A DNA stretch of 64,000 nucleotides from Octopus sinensis (GCF_006345805.1 NC_043005.1:99696001-99760000); one strand, 5' to 3'; shown: positions 24,763 through 39,620, counted from the first letter of the stretch. Numbers and translations are program-made. The notes: generated by a model from the letters alone, not told the origin.

Positions 24763-25351
24763 ATATACAACCTACATTTTGTGTATATGCAACACAAGTT
24801 TTCTGTGCATGACATATTTGCTTGTATACACACTAGACATTTCTTCATTCAGTCATAATTCTTTAGTCTAATAGACTCTGATGTATTTCAGTTGTTGACA
24901 TGACTAAGATAAATATTTATGACTGACTTGTTGGAATATATATTTTTACAGAGAAGAGTCAATGGAAGAAGTACAACCACAGATTTCTTTCCTCCTTCAG
25001 TAGTTTGAAGTACCCACAATGTCTGCATGCTTAAGGAAATGGTTTACAATATAGTGTCTGTTTTGTATGAGCAAAACTGCAAAACAAAAATGATTCTGAC
25101 AAACATCTTTTCCTTACATTAGCATGGTAATGTGGATATGAAACATAGAAAATAAATAGAAAAATTAGATAAAATAGCAAGAGAACAACAACTAGGGTAG
25201 GAATTGATCGCCAAACCCAGCAAAATAAGGATTAAAAACAGTCATGCTTCTAGCTACCAATAACATTTATTTCTTTTGATAAAACATACGGTAAGTTATT
25301 ATTAGTTAAAACAAATCATAGTTAACAATAAAAGAAACCACTGTCATCAAT

Positions 25352-25387
<36 letters not shown>

Positions 25388-25534
25388 GATATAGTTGTTG
25401 TTGTTATTTGTGCAAAAGAAGAAGACATATATTGACTTAAAATAACCCCAATACATTACTAGTAATTATTTGACTGCCCCTACCCATGACAGATAAAACA
25501 CAGAACACCATCAGAGTTTTCAGTAATGTAAACA

Positions 25535-25572
<38 letters not shown>

Positions 25573-26229
25573 GTTATGCTAAAGTATTTTTTTTTCTTAT
25601 TTTTTAAAAAGAATTTGTATAAATTATATAGAACCATCGATATAAAATGGAGGATGAAAAAAGAAATATCTATATATATAAAACAATATAAATAATAGTA
25701 GTAAAGAAAAAAGACAAATTGGTTCCATTGAGAAGATCGGTTTTTCATTTCTACAATAAATAATGATAAGTATAGATGAGGTTGACCATCATAATAAATA
25801 GCCAAATATTATAGCTAGAAGATGGAGGGGGAAGATGAAGGGAAAAATAAGAGAAGAGAAAGAAGAGACGATGCTGATGTCATGGTGATGGTGGTTGCCT
25901 CAAATATACATCTCATGATGGTGACGTTGAGGGTCATAAGTTTCAGAAGAGATGAAAAATGTTTTTAAAACAGAGAATTGCTTGAGTTTAAACAGTGTAC
26001 AGGCAAAAATATCAATACATCAGCTCTCATACCTTACATTGACGCATTCATATACATGCACGCGCACACACACACATACACTCACACGTATGTTTGTATA
26101 TATATATATATATGTATATTTACATACATATCTATATATTTGTATATGTTTATGTATACACTCATATATTTGTACACACACATATATAAACATACTTATA
26201 CATATATATATACACAGACACACACACAC

Positions 26230-26261
<32 letters not shown>

Positions 26262-26539
26262 GCATATATATATATTTATGTGTATACACCTGTTATTACT
26301 ATTTGTAATTATCAATACTAATAATAATAACAACAGCAATCATAATAATTTCTAACTGTGACGTGTCAGTTTCCATGGTAGCTGGGTAGACTGTGGGTTG
26401 TGCGGGTCAGCAAACAATCATTTTTAGTTGGAAACAAAAAGTTAAACATGAGATGTATACTTGAGATTGGAATTTACAGCCCACCTTCCGTACACATCCA
26501 TCAGATACACACAGACGATGACCAAAAATACTGTCAGCC

Positions 26540-26554
26540 ATACATATTATATAT

Positions 26555-26587
<33 letters not shown>

Positions 26588-26598
26588 ATATATATATA

Positions 26599-26687
<89 letters not shown>

Positions 26688-26768
26688 CACATTATATTAT
26701 ATATATATATTATATATATATATAATATATATATATATACATATAATATATATATACACACACACAAC

Positions 26769-26799
<31 letters not shown>

Positions 26800-26975
26800 A
26801 TATATATATATATATATATAATATACATATATATATACACACATATATATATATTATATATATATAATACATATATATATATATATATATATATCATATA
26901 TATATATTATATTATATATATATACATATATATATAATATACACACCACATATATATATATATATACACACACAC

Positions 26976-27029
<54 letters not shown>

Positions 27030-27159
27030 CACACATAATATAATATATATATATACATATATATATATAATATATATATATACATAATATATATATATAT
27101 AACACACACATATATATTATATATATATTATATATATATATACATATATATATATATAC

Positions 27160-27226
<67 letters not shown>

Positions 27227-27232
27227 CACACC

Positions 27233-27295
<63 letters not shown>

Positions 27296-27406
27296 TATAT
27301 ACACACATATATATATATATATATATATAACATATATATATATATATATATTATTATATATATATATATATATATATATTATACATATATATATATATAC
27401 ACACAC

Positions 27407-27437
<31 letters not shown>

Positions 27438-27441
27438 TATA

Positions 27442-27480
<39 letters not shown>

Positions 27481-27515
27481 TAATATATACACACATATAT
27501 ATATATATATATTAC

Positions 27516-27565
<50 letters not shown>

Positions 27566-27571
27566 CAACAC

Positions 27572-27602
<31 letters not shown>

Positions 27603-27605
27603 CAC

Positions 27606-27640
<35 letters not shown>

Positions 27641-27675
27641 CACATATATATATATATACATATATATATACACAC

Positions 27676-27708
<33 letters not shown>

Positions 27709-28032
27709 CACCTATATATATATATATACACATATATATATATATACACATATATATATATATACACACTATATATATATATAATATATATATATATATA
27801 CATTATATAATATATATATACACATATAATATATATATACATATATATATATATAACACATATATATATATATTATACATATATATATATATACACATAT
27901 ATATATATACATATATATATATAACACACACATATATATTATACATATATATATATATATACACATATATATATATACACATATATATATATATAACACA
28001 TATATATTATATACACACACATATATATATAT

Positions 28033-28063
<31 letters not shown>

Positions 28064-28064
28064 T
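26540..28064. repeat. About 1.5-kb interrupted (TA)n/(CA)n array
   Basis: Directly visible. Confidence 0.97.
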
Positions 28065-28927
28065 GGACAGTACAAAGTTTCAGCTCATAGATTTTCCGAC
28101 CAATTCTTCAATGGCAGTGAAGCGTTACATTCAAACATTACTTCAACTCTAAACTGGAATATATATTTTGAAAGGAAATGAAGTAAGATATAACAACAAC
28201 ATCATGAGTGAAAAATGTAGAATAGGAAAGAAATACAGACGAAAAATACATTAAAAAAAATGGTAATTTAAGCACACACACACAAGCACACACAAAGACA
28301 CGCAAGCAGAGCTGTCGTCCATTTTTAACCTAGTCACTTGTGTTTCTGGTTCTGTTTGTTAAATGTTGATCTAAATGTGAGGATTTGTGGTTTTGTTATG
28401 TTCTTTGACAGGAGTTTGAAGAATGTAAATTTTATCTGTGTTCATGTAGGCTTTTAGTTTTGGCAGCAAAGATCTAAATATGGTCAGATTCTTCTGTGTT
28501 TAGAAGATTCTAGAAGTGGTTTCTATGATTTCTAAATCTTATCTTTTGTTTTTCTTGTTTTTGATGAATTCAGTTCTGGATGTTCCTAGCCTGACAATTG
28601 ACAAGACATACCATTGTGTGTCTATGTTCAGAACCTAAATTTCATAGCAGATATGTTGAATGATGTACAAAGAACAGGAAATTGCAAAGATTGATGGACA
28701 GAAGATTTCAAGTTAAATAAATAAATAAATTCTAACTCTACACCCTGGAGAATGTGTTTCTCCTGTTTCTCTGTACAATATTCTGTGTATCTGTTCAGTA
28801 GTGTATATACAGATATACATTGATATGTATATACATATAAAAATGGTTGTATGTATATACATACATACATACATATATATATATATCTGTCTGTGCATGT
28901 TTGGTTATACATCCATCCATCCATTCA

Positions 28928-28961
<34 letters not shown>

Positions 28962-29999
28962 CATGCATGTATTTGGGGCAGCACCAAGAAGGGTTTTAGT
29001 CGAATAAATCAATCACTAAGTTATGGAGATGTAAAGAAACCAACCAGGATCATAATATGCAAGCATACATACATAGATATACATACATAGATATACATAC
29101 ATAGATATACATACATAAACCTGTACACAGAAGGAGAAGACATAGTGCATAATATAGTGAAAAAGGCAAGCATCAAAGTAAACTCTAATATCCAGTTGTT
29201 CTAATGGTTGTCTTATAATTTCATGGCCAGATGTAGAGTTCCATCATGGCTACAGTTAAATAATTGGAAACAGTAAAAAAAAAATGTAGTACAAATCATT
29301 TTAGTCCACCATGGTTGTTTGCAATTCATGGCTGTCTGGCATTTCAGTCTTTTGCCAATGCAGGCTGTAGTGAGAAATAAAGTAGAATTTACACCGATAT
29401 TTCTTTAGGAGGAGTGAAAATTTTTCAGTGATTTTCACTGAATTTCTCTTCAAAATATAGACTTTATGAGGTGCACATAAAACAATTCAATATATGAACT
29501 AGAATTAAGGCTAAAGTTGTTGAAAAAATACATTTATATGTGTTTATATATGATACATTTCAATGAGCAAACAGCAGAAGGGATAAAATTCAGCAGAGAT
29601 TTGGCAGCTCTGCAAAGAATAAGCAGCAAGCTATTTGTTAGCTTCTATAGCTATGCTTGCTTTATTGGTTGTGTGTCTGTGATGGTAGCATGGTGATTGC
29701 ATTGCAGCATTGGTGGTGGTTGCATGGTTGGTTGTGTGACTGTGTTGGTGGTGCCATAATTAGGCTGACATTAGTGTGGATATGTTGTGGTGGTTGTAGT
29801 ACTGATGTAGTGTTGGTGGGATGGTATTCATGGTGTGATTATTGTACAGTGGCTGTGTTAGTGGTGTATGGTTGGTATGGTAGTGGTATGATGGTAGTGT
29901 TAGTGGTGGTGTTATCATTGTGTTGCTGTGGTAGTTCTATTTCTGATATATTTGTATTCTTGGGGACATGGTGGTGTTATTGACTATATATATATTTGT

Positions 30000-30335
30000 A
30001 AAGGTACATGGATCAGTGATTAGGTTGTCAGGCTCACAATCATGAGGTAGTGAGTTCGATTCCTGGACCAAGTTGTGTGTTGTGTTCTTGAGCAAGACAC
30101 TTTATTTCACATTGCTTCAGTTCCCTCAGCTATAGAAATGAGTTGTGACATCACAGGTGCCAAGCTGTATCAGACTTTGCCTTTCCCTAGGATAACATCA
30201 ATGTCATGGATAGGAGAGGTTGGTATGCATGGACGACTGCTGGTCTTCCATAAACACCCTCACCCAGACTTATGTCATGGAGAATAATTTTCTAGGTACT
30301 ATCCCATGGTCATTCATGACCGAAGGGGGCCTTTA
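30000..30335 (+). mobile_element. SINE family C
   Basis: Head GAGTTCGATTCC, CTTGAGCAAGACAC, tail CCCATGGTCATTCATGACCGAAGGGGG. Confidence 0.88.
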
Positions 30336-31189
30336 CATTTACCTACATGTATTTTGGTCATTTATCTCTTTTGTTCAATGATGAGGATTCACTAGTTTTA
30401 TCAACTGAATAACTTGCTGCTGAATTAATACTTAAGTGGCAGAGTATTCCACAGTCATGTGTATTCTTAATAGAATTTACTGGCAGAATCAGTGTGTCAC
30501 AATGGGTACCTTTTAAGATACAGGTATAATCCATTTGATGGTCATCTGTACAATTTCCATGTACGCAGTTTCATCCCAATGTATGAGTCAGTCCAAGGTC
30601 ATAGACAAAACCCAGGGCCTTGAGGCTGCCAAAGAAACTTCTTAACAATTTGGGAGTTATTCAGTTACCTACACAAATAGAGCGTTCAGAGAATGTAAAT
30701 ATATTCCCATATTAATCTTCTTTTACTTATTGCTTGAGAGAAACTGATAAATATAAGATAATATAATTATATGTGTGTGAGTGTGAGTACATGAAGACAT
30801 ACATACATACATACATATATGTACATACACACACACACACACACACACACATATATTTAGAAGGTTGGTTGTTATGACCACTCAGAGAGTGACCATTGGT
30901 TTCACACGTATAAAGTGCCTAGCTATATAGGTGACTCATTTGACATAAATAAAATTACAGAAAGAAAGTGTTCCTTGTTGCAACAGAAATTTTTCCTCTG
31001 GCAAAACTACATCTGTCCAATGAAATGGATGTGGAAACAGATTCGATAAACCTTTTGAATTCAAATAATCTATGATTTTCTTCCTTTCAAATCGGCGTCA
31101 ATGAATTTATTTTGGGGGTAATTGGTTAAAAAAAATTCTCCAACCCTTGGCATATATGAATTACTGTACGTATTTTTGTATTTTACGTA

Positions 31190-31306
31190 TGTTTTTACGT
31201 ATTTTTGTATTCTTATTCGTGTTATCATTATTGTTTTTACGTATTTTTGTATTCTTATTCGTGTTATCATTATTGTTTTTACGTGTTTTTGTATTTTTAT
31301 TCGTGT
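31190..31306. repeat. 42-bp tandem repeat (about 2.7 copies) within an unclassified repeat at about 31070-31556
   Basis: Unit TGTTTTTACGTATTTTTGTATTCTTATTCGTGTTATCATTAT. Confidence 0.85.
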
Positions 31307-31556
31307 AATATCGTCTGGTTTTCCATCCTTGTTTTGTATACATTCGAGGCTTTCTCCCAAGGAATCTAATGTGCTTAGCTTAGATTTTCCTTTGGGGCTG
31401 GCCACATCGGAGCAATCTCAAGATTAATCAGCCGAAATTGCGAAGATGATCCGGTTCTTGACTGAAGATTGAAGGCTTCGAATGTCTCGTCTGTGTTTTT
31501 TGTATCGTCTTCTAAATGTTTCATGTTCTTGTCCCAGTTTGTATTTTTTTACATTT

Positions 31557-31558
31557 AC

Positions 31559-31590
<32 letters not shown>

Positions 31591-31935
31591 ATACATACAT
31601 ACATGCATATATATATATATATATACATACATATATATATACATATATACATACATATATATATATATACATACATACATACATATATATATATACATAC
31701 ATACATATATATACATATATACATACATACATATATATATATACATACATACATATATATATATACATACATATATATATATATATACATACATATATAT
31801 ATACATACATATATATATACATACATATATATATATACATACATATATATATATATACATACATACATATTATATATATACATACATATATATACATATA
31901 TATATACATATATATATATATACATACATATATAT

Positions 31936-31984
<49 letters not shown>

Positions 31985-32092
31985 CATAATATATATATAC
32001 ACATACATATATATATACATACATACATATATATATGCATATATATATACATACATTCATACATACATACATACAAATATATATATATATAC
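31557..32092. repeat. (TA)n/(TACA)n array
   Basis: Directly visible. Confidence 0.97.
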
Positions 32093-32094
32093 TA

Positions 32095-32648
32095 CTAATA
32101 TAGGATGAAGTTTTTTCTTCTACAGAAAAAAATTCCATCAAGACATGTGGCAGCATATTAAAATACCTTTACGGTTAAAATTATAAACAACTTATAAGTA
32201 AGGGCTAAAGAAAAATTATTTCAAAGCCAATATGCTGATAACAGACTATTAAATCGTCAATTTCCACATATAATCTACTCGCTACAGCAAAAATTGAACT
32301 GAAGTCGGGCAAACTGGCTGTTAGAATATTTAAATTTCGTTATCTCTATATTGAATCAATTTCGGAATTAATTTCATAAAAGATTTATTCGTCTTCAGTA
32401 GAGCTTACGAGAGAATATAAATAAGATACTTACATGCGCCCGTGGAAAAAGCCGAAGCAAAAAACATGAGTACATTTAAGTACCCCAGTTATATCTAATG
32501 AAATTTAAATATTCTAACGGCCAGTTTGCCCGACTTCAGTTCGATTTTTGCTGTAGCGAGTAGATTATATGTGAAAATTGACGATTTAATAGTCTGTTAT
32601 CAGCATATTGGCTTTGAAATAATTTTTCTTTAGCCCTTACTTATAAGT

Positions 32649-32653
<5 letters not shown>
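32095..32653 (-). mobile_element. Penelope-like terminal element with 158-bp inverted arms (32185-32342 and 32496-32653)
   Basis: Arms are reverse complements with about 4 mismatches; the spacer holds a hammerhead motif; (TA)n on both sides. Confidence 0.7.
32343..32404 (-). ncRNA. Type I hammerhead ribozyme motif
   Basis: Minus strand: CTCTA-CTGAAGA-cgaat..attcc-GAAA-TTG att CAA-TA-TAGAG. Stem I is 5/5; the first stem II pair is mismatched. Confidence 0.7.
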
Positions 32654-32695
<42 letters not shown>

Positions 32696-32720
32696 TATAC
32701 ATACATACATATATACATAC

Positions 32721-32759
<39 letters not shown>

Positions 32760-32760
32760 G

Positions 32761-32796
<36 letters not shown>

Positions 32797-33442
32797 CATA
32801 TATACATATATATGTACAGAGAGAGAGAGAGAGAGAGAGACAGACAGGCAGATAAGTATTGTTGGTCTTAAAAGAATTTTATAATCTTTTGAGTTGTGAA
32901 ATGATTTGGGGGAGAGCAGTTGATCTTAGGAGACAAATGATAGCATATAAATATTGGATTGAAAAATACCTTTTTGTGTGGAAAAAGCTCATGGGAATAG
33001 GCCTACATCCCCTGTACACACACACACAGAAAGAAAGAACAAAGAGAAAGAAAGAGAGAGGAGGAGTGTGTGTGAGAGAATGAGTGAAAGGGAAACAGAG
33101 AGAGAGAGAGAGAGCAGGAAAGAGGGAGTTGATGATTGGGGTGGTAATAGCAGGGGTAGAGGGTAATAGCTATCATTGTGATGGTGTTGGAGACGGTGGT
33201 GTAGAAAGATTGACAGAGAGTATCTATTCCCTAAAATAATGTATTGAATGGATGTGTACAGCCAAGTGAGGAGGTTTGTAGTAAGATGTTGGATGTCTTA
33301 AGAGGTAGAAATGGAGGACAATGGTGTATTCTTGTATTGAGTACAAGAAAAAAGTGAGGTAGAAAAGGACAAGATTGAGGGAGAAGATGTAGGGAAAAGA
33401 CTGAGAGGAGATGAGCTGTGTGTATGTGTGTATATATATATA

Positions 33443-33483
<41 letters not shown>

Positions 33484-34164
33484 TGTATCTATGTATCATG
33501 TTTAATATATACATATATATAATGATGATCTATATAATTATTTGAGGGAATATTAATCCTAACTTACAGTTAGGATTAGGATTAATATACATATACTACT
33601 AAAGATGGATAGATTGATGGAGAGAGAGATAAAAAGAGAGGGAGAGATAGATAGAGTGAGGTGAAGCTGAGTCAGTGAGTTGAGTCATATTGATCTCTCT
33701 GCTGTAACCAAATAGTAAAATATCAAAGGAAGGAGTGTACATGCACACACAAGCAAACAAACACATACACACACACAGATATGTATATGCACACAGACTA
33801 TATATACATAGAGAGGATGTGTAAAAGTGTAAAATTAGCAGTGTGTTTAATGAGTCAGAAGTTATGTAAATATGTTCAATATGTATACACAGGCAGTCCA
33901 AAAGGAAATATACACTCCTCCAGTGACGTCGTAGATTTAATAATACAGATCACCACAACCTCATGTTATCATATTTAAAATATTTCAGCTTCATGTATAT
34001 AAGAGCCAATACAACACCAACCAATCCCTTGTTTCTCTGACTTATTCTGTATCACAGTATTGTTTAATCCATCTAAGTGTTGACATTGTGTTTCATAGAA
34101 CTTAATTTTCATCTCTAACTTGTTTCAGTTATTGGACTGGGGTCATGCTGGGGTACCACCTTAA

Positions 34165-34385
34165 CCCTTTTGTTACCCACCCGGCTGAAACCGGCTCTAG
34201 TTCTGTAGTACAAATGCTTTGTTTCCATAAGTTTTGAATTAAAATCTTCCACCAAATGTTAGTCACAATTCATGTTCTTAACACTAGCTTAATGATAACT
34301 AAGTTATTTTACTAAATTCTTTGTTATATTTAAAATAATGGAAAGAAACACAGAACATCTCAAAATAAATACGGTAACAAAAGGG
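34165..34385. mobile_element. piggyBac-type MITE inserted in a SINE family B tail (about 34118-34560)
   Basis: Perfect 13-bp TIRs CCCTTTTGTTACC/GGTAACAAAAGGG flanked by a TTAA TSD. Confidence 0.92.
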
Positions 34386-35415
34386 TTAAAGGATATAGCT
34401 GAACAAATTTTACCCAGTACTTATTTTTTTCCCAATGCCTGTTACTTATTTTATCAGTCTCTTTTTACCAAAGTAGTAAGTTATGGAGATGTAAGGAATC
34501 CAATAGCCGTTGTCAAACTGGTGAGGTACAAACGTAAATACGAAAGTACAAACATACAGATATATATACATACATACAAATTTCATCTCTCCATCCTGCA
34601 GATGGAGGTCGGATCTATTAAATGTTTATTTGCTACCATTACTGGTTGCATATCTTGGTAAACTACATCTGCAAACATTACGAGGTAACTCTGAGCTCCC
34701 AGAAGCAGCTGCTGGACTTGTAAAACCATACCTTCTCCCTTTAGTTTTCTGTATCTTTGTAGCCTATGAGAGAGAGTGCTCTGTTAATATATAAACATCT
34801 ATATATTTATGCTTGGATATTCATTGTCTGAAAATGTTCAGTCTTTGCTTTCTCCCAGTTTGCATGTATACATGTAAGTATATTTTGTATATGGAACCCA
34901 AGCAGTTTTATTTGTTTATTTGCATGATTGTCTCTATACATACATTCATACAAGAAATTTTGCACATTTCATTTGCAATTTACGATTGTCATGATTATTA
35001 TTTAATTCTGGGCTTCTGGAAACAGCTGTTGAGTTATGAATTAACATATTTTAAAATTTCATTCTGTATTTTTTCTGCATTACTATGTATTTTCTATACT
35101 GAGCATATCCAACTCTTACATATTGACTGTATACATACATACACACATGTACATGTGTGTGTGTGTGTATATGTGTGTTTGTGTGTGTAACCCATGCTAG
35201 CACAGAAAACAGACGTTACATGATGATGATGATGATGATATACATTGACCTTTACCTTTGTAGCACTTGACTATGGTGCTGCTACATCAGTCATTGGGAT
35301 GACTCCTTCATAAATCATCTGATTTACAATATGGTTGACTAGACCATAACCCACATCACCAGATATTTTAAGCATTTCAGCTTAATGAGCCAGGGGCATT
35401 TCCTATCTTCATATC

Positions 35416-35459
<44 letters not shown>

Positions 35460-35461
<2 letters not shown>

Positions 35462-35665
35462 GTTTGTGTGTGTCTGTTTTTTCCCCCTGCCCCTTTGCTT
35501 GACAACTGATGTTAGTGTAAACACACCAACATTTCTATAACTTAGTGGTTCCACAAAACAAAGACTGATAGAATAAGTACTAGGCTTACAAAGAATAAGT
35601 CCTGGGATCAATTTGTTCAACTAAAGGTGGTGCTTCAGCTTGGCCACAGTCAAAGCACTGAAAGA
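35460..35665 (+). mobile_element. SINE family B 3' half
   Basis: GCTTGACAACTGATG..GAATAAGTACTAGGCTTACAAAGAATAAGTCCTGGG. Confidence 0.85.
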
Positions 35666-35828
35666 ATATATATATTTTTACTGCTTTATTTTTCTACTGC
35701 TTTATATGAAATAAATTTTTTACTGCTTTAATTCTTTCTTCTGGGCCCGTCTGAGCATGACTGCTTCAATAAGAAAACACACAATATTGTGTTAAGCCTG
35801 CCACGCGATGGTGTCTGTCTCTCTATTT

Positions 35829-35910
35829 TTCCCCTGATGAAGGAGTTATTAGCGTGATGCACCCTAGTGCTTTAAACACAATAATATACCCCTGAAATGG
35901 CCATAGGGAA
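35829..35910 (+). ncRNA. Type I hammerhead ribozyme motif, intact core
   Basis: TTCCC-CTGATGA-aggag(t)tatta..taata(ta)cccct-GAAA-T GGCC A-TA-GGGAA; palindromic stem III; AUA cleavage triplet. Confidence 0.75.
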
Positions 35911-36377
35911 TTTAGTAAATATGGTTTCCTCTTTTTTAACTATAAGGCCTCTCTTTTTCGATAAGTAATTTTATAAGATTTTCTAAACGATGAACCTTTA
36001 TTTTATTTTACATTATATATACTATATATTTTTATATGCTTCCTATATTTATATATTTTTATATACCTATATATTTATATATTACTTTATACTATATTTT
36101 TACGTTTTACCTTCTAGGTGTTGTAATGGTTTTTAAAAAAAAAAAAATTTTTTTCTTAATCGCTAAAGTATTAACTTTTAACCGTGATGAACTATATTCA
36201 CATATATTCACACATTTTTTCTCGCACTTTCTTATATGCTTGTACAGATGAATTATATTCCATCTTCCGTGATGTCTAAATGTATTTTCTATGATTAAAT
36301 GTTCGAGTTATGAAATGTTATGTGGATGACCTTGCATTTGTTTGTTCTATAACTTTAGTTTGATATATGTATGTATG

Positions 36378-36420
<43 letters not shown>

Positions 36421-37519
36421 CACATAAATACTTATAAACAGCATATGTATAACATCAATAAACAGCACATACAATATGTATAACATCAATAACTTACACA
36501 TACAATATAAACAAAAAGCAAATACAAAGCAAATAAACTCATGACAAAACATCTAATGTTATCATTTGATGTGCTATAAATAGTAGCTAAGTCTTGAAAA
36601 CAAAAGGACAAGATGTTCACAATAGGAATCCCTTTAATTGTAGGTTTGCTTCGTCATAGATGACCTAGGGTTAAATACACCACCTTTACTCAGAACATAT
36701 CCAATACTAATTGACTTCCTCTTGAAACAGACAAGTCCTGTTTGTCTCCAAGGACAATGTATTAAACACAGGAAATATTTAACTGACTTTATTAACCTCA
36801 ACACAGGATGTAACTAATAGACTTTATTAACCTCATGTATTTTATTGTAATTATACACAATTATGCAGTATTTCATGGCATCAATCAAATGAAAGATAAA
36901 CCTTCACCTCGTTTGTTTACTGACTTCAACTTCCCTTGAGACTCTATCGACTGTTTCTTGAAACTTGGTAGACTTAGGTAAGTATAAATATATATAGTGC
37001 CAAAATATACAGCAAAACCCAATAATGACTTTTCTCAGCCTCACTACTCAGAATTTTATCATATGGATATCAAATAATATAATATTTCATAACATCAACA
37101 AGATGAGAGATAAAATTTCTGGAGATGATGCCATTTTATGGATGCTAACTTTCAACACATGGTTTGATATTTACTCCTAACTACAATAAGGGAAATGGAA
37201 TTTCTCTTTTTAATGGCTCAAAAAGAGAGGGTATGGCAGTATCCATGATCAATGCTTCTCAAGGGATCTAGGATTGGTGAGTGTGACTTATTCTCACACT
37301 TGAGACACTACCCTAGATGTTTGTGTACTGGGATTAAGTATACACAAATCTATAATAAACAACAACACAGGAAATAATTATTTATACCAAACATGTTGGA
37401 TTTTTGCCATTCGTGGAATGTTGCTGATATTGTTTGGGCCTGAATCAGCTAACTTATGATTAAAGACACTCTAACCATGACCAACCTATCATCTTTACAA
37501 CTACTACAACAACAACAAC

Positions 37520-37695
37520 ATCATAAAAAAATACCTTAGGAATGAGAACCCAGGTTCGAAATTTCCCCAAGACACCTGAAGAAGATGGCAGGTATATCAG
37601 CCAAAATGTTATGCTAACAACAAACAAGATGAGGACAAATATCCGACAAATATAAATAATGTACATAATTCTTCATCTCTTAAATATAGAACAAC
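37520..37695 (+). mobile_element. Short Penelope-like repeat with a heavily decayed hammerhead motif
   Basis: acac-CTGAAGA-a..tcagcc-AAAA-TG-TT at 37572-37610; an intact motif would need several back-mutations. Confidence 0.35.
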
Positions 37696-38276
37696 CTATC
37701 ATCTTTTAGGAATAACATGTAAAGGTTGCATAGAATGCTATGGGAACCGGTATTAAGGAAGGATAGATGTGGGTTGAGAGATGTTTGGCTACTATTTCTA
37801 ACGTGTTGGACAACCATGTAGAAGATTCCTAAGTTCCAGTGATGGAACATAGGGATAACCTACATGTGCCCAATGACAAGGTTAATAAGTGACAAGAGAC
37901 GTCGCTGAGTACTGAACAGTCAATTCAATGTTCTTGGGTTCAAATACTGTCAATGGCACTATGGTGTATTGGTGAAGATGCTGAGGATGAAGATGATGTA
38001 GATAGTACTACTTACTCATCATTGTCATGGTTTGGCTTCACAAAGGAAGATTCATGAAGAGGATTGTCCGCATTGGCTGCAGGTTTGCTGGTGGCTGGTT
38101 TGACCGATACAGCAGAAACAGGTTTCGCCACAGCAATGACAAGGGAGATTCTGTTCTGGGTTTGGTACTGCTTTGTCACAGTTATTCCTCAGTCTTCTGC
38201 CCTGCATGCATTCTTGGAAGAGGAGGGAGACTGGGGAATGATATGTCAACGAGCCTCATGATCAAAGGCTTATATT

Positions 38277-38491
38277 CTTTTCTACTCTAGGCACGAGGCC
38301 GGAAATTTTGGGGGAGGGGGCCAGTTGATTAGATCGACCCTAGTATGCAACTGGTACTTAATTTATTGACCCCTGAAAGGATGAAAGGCAAAGTCAACCT
38401 TGGGAGAATTTGAACTCAGAATGTAAAGACAGACAAAATACCGCTAAGCATTTCGCCCAGCATGCTAACGGTTCTTCCAGCTCGCTGCCTT
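38277..38491 (-). mobile_element. SINE family A
   Basis: Full copy; imperfect ~17-bp TSD TGATC(A/G)AAGG(C)TTATATT at 38259-38276 and 38492-38508. Confidence 0.9.
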
Positions 38492-38699
38492 TGATCGAAG
38501 GTTATATTAGATCACTGGTAATGGTCAATGTAATAGGCATGAAATAAACGTTTTCCAGACAGTTTTAGCATTATTCCTTTGATGCAGCTCAATCAGGGTT
38601 TGCAGTAAAGCACAGTCCTGTGCCTGTAATGATCCTCCATTCTTGAAATGCACTTTGTCAAATGCTGTGTAACTTAACAGCTTAGCTTCATTGCTAGTT

Positions 38700-39620
38700 C
38701 CTTGTCATCTCCTTTATGAGGTTTAGCCTCTTGGAATCACAAACCTCATAGCTTCTCTTGTCCTCCTCTTCTACAAGTTCTTCCCTCTTGAATTATTTGG
38801 TTCTTCTTTACTTCATCTTCTTTCATATGTTTTGCATGTCTATACCAGTTTAGTCTTGAACATGAAACATGATTCCTCTTACACCCAATCTTCTTCTTCT
38901 TCTCAGCTCATCTGTGCCCTGCCATTCATTCACACTAACGTTTTAGACCCAGGGGAACATGCTGACCTCATGTCTTTTTATCCTTCAGAATCTCTCTGTA
39001 TTCAAGGCTAGCATCTCATTACCATGCAGCATTGCACTTCATTCACAAGAGAAATCATTTGTTGCCTCCAGGGGTAATTGCACCTTGAACTTTTTTCCAC
39101 TCTATTATTGCTCTGGTAATTATGGCAATTTCAGAATGCTCACTTCCATATCTTATTACATTACCTGCGAAACAAAAGTTTTCAACTACTTCTGGGGAGA
39201 TTGGCAAGCATTTGCAGGAATTTATCTTGTATAAATTTAGCTTACTAACTCCTCCTGTTCATTAGCTATATATGAAACCCATTTTCCCTGTCAGCCTTCC
39301 TGCAATCCCACAATATCCTGTAATCCCACAATATCCTGTAATCTCACTATACCACTTGTGCATTAATAGTTTACACTGGGCACCCCATATGGATTTTCTG
39401 CCAACTGCTTTTCTGCATATTATGCTTGCCACTTCCACATTGACTGAAGAGTCCTTTCTTCTTTCCAATCAACTAAGAATTTAGTTTTCACTAGATTTAC
39501 TTTCACATCTTATTCTAGATTTGGCAACTACTTTTAGAATTTTTTTTTCCTAAATCTTTGACAGATTTTGCCATTAGAACTAAGTCATCCTCATACACAA
39601 GTTGCTATGGACAGATAGTT
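38700..39620 (-). mobile_element. Degenerate RTE LINE ORF2 fragment
   Basis: Minus strand peptides SIICRKAVGRKSIWGAQCKLLMHKW (Cys-rich segment), EVVENFCFAGNVI and SAMLHGNE..NVSVNEWQGTDELRE, the last collinear with the RTE at 1-250. Confidence 0.75.

Noticed and set aside
26350-26540. Unique-looking GC-balanced patch between microsatellites
   Set aside because: No splice-consistent ORF, hairpin or known RNA motif that I can support.
26461-28038. Many long Y/I/C/V/H/T-rich ORFs (also at 31424-32156, 60332-60986 and 3875-4099)
   Set aside because: They are translations of TA/CA/AAT microsatellites, which lack stop codons in some frames.
31385-31450. Hammerhead-like GGCTG..CAGCC-GAAA
   Set aside because: The 5' core reads CCTTTGG rather than YUGANRA, and there is no clear stem III/UH.
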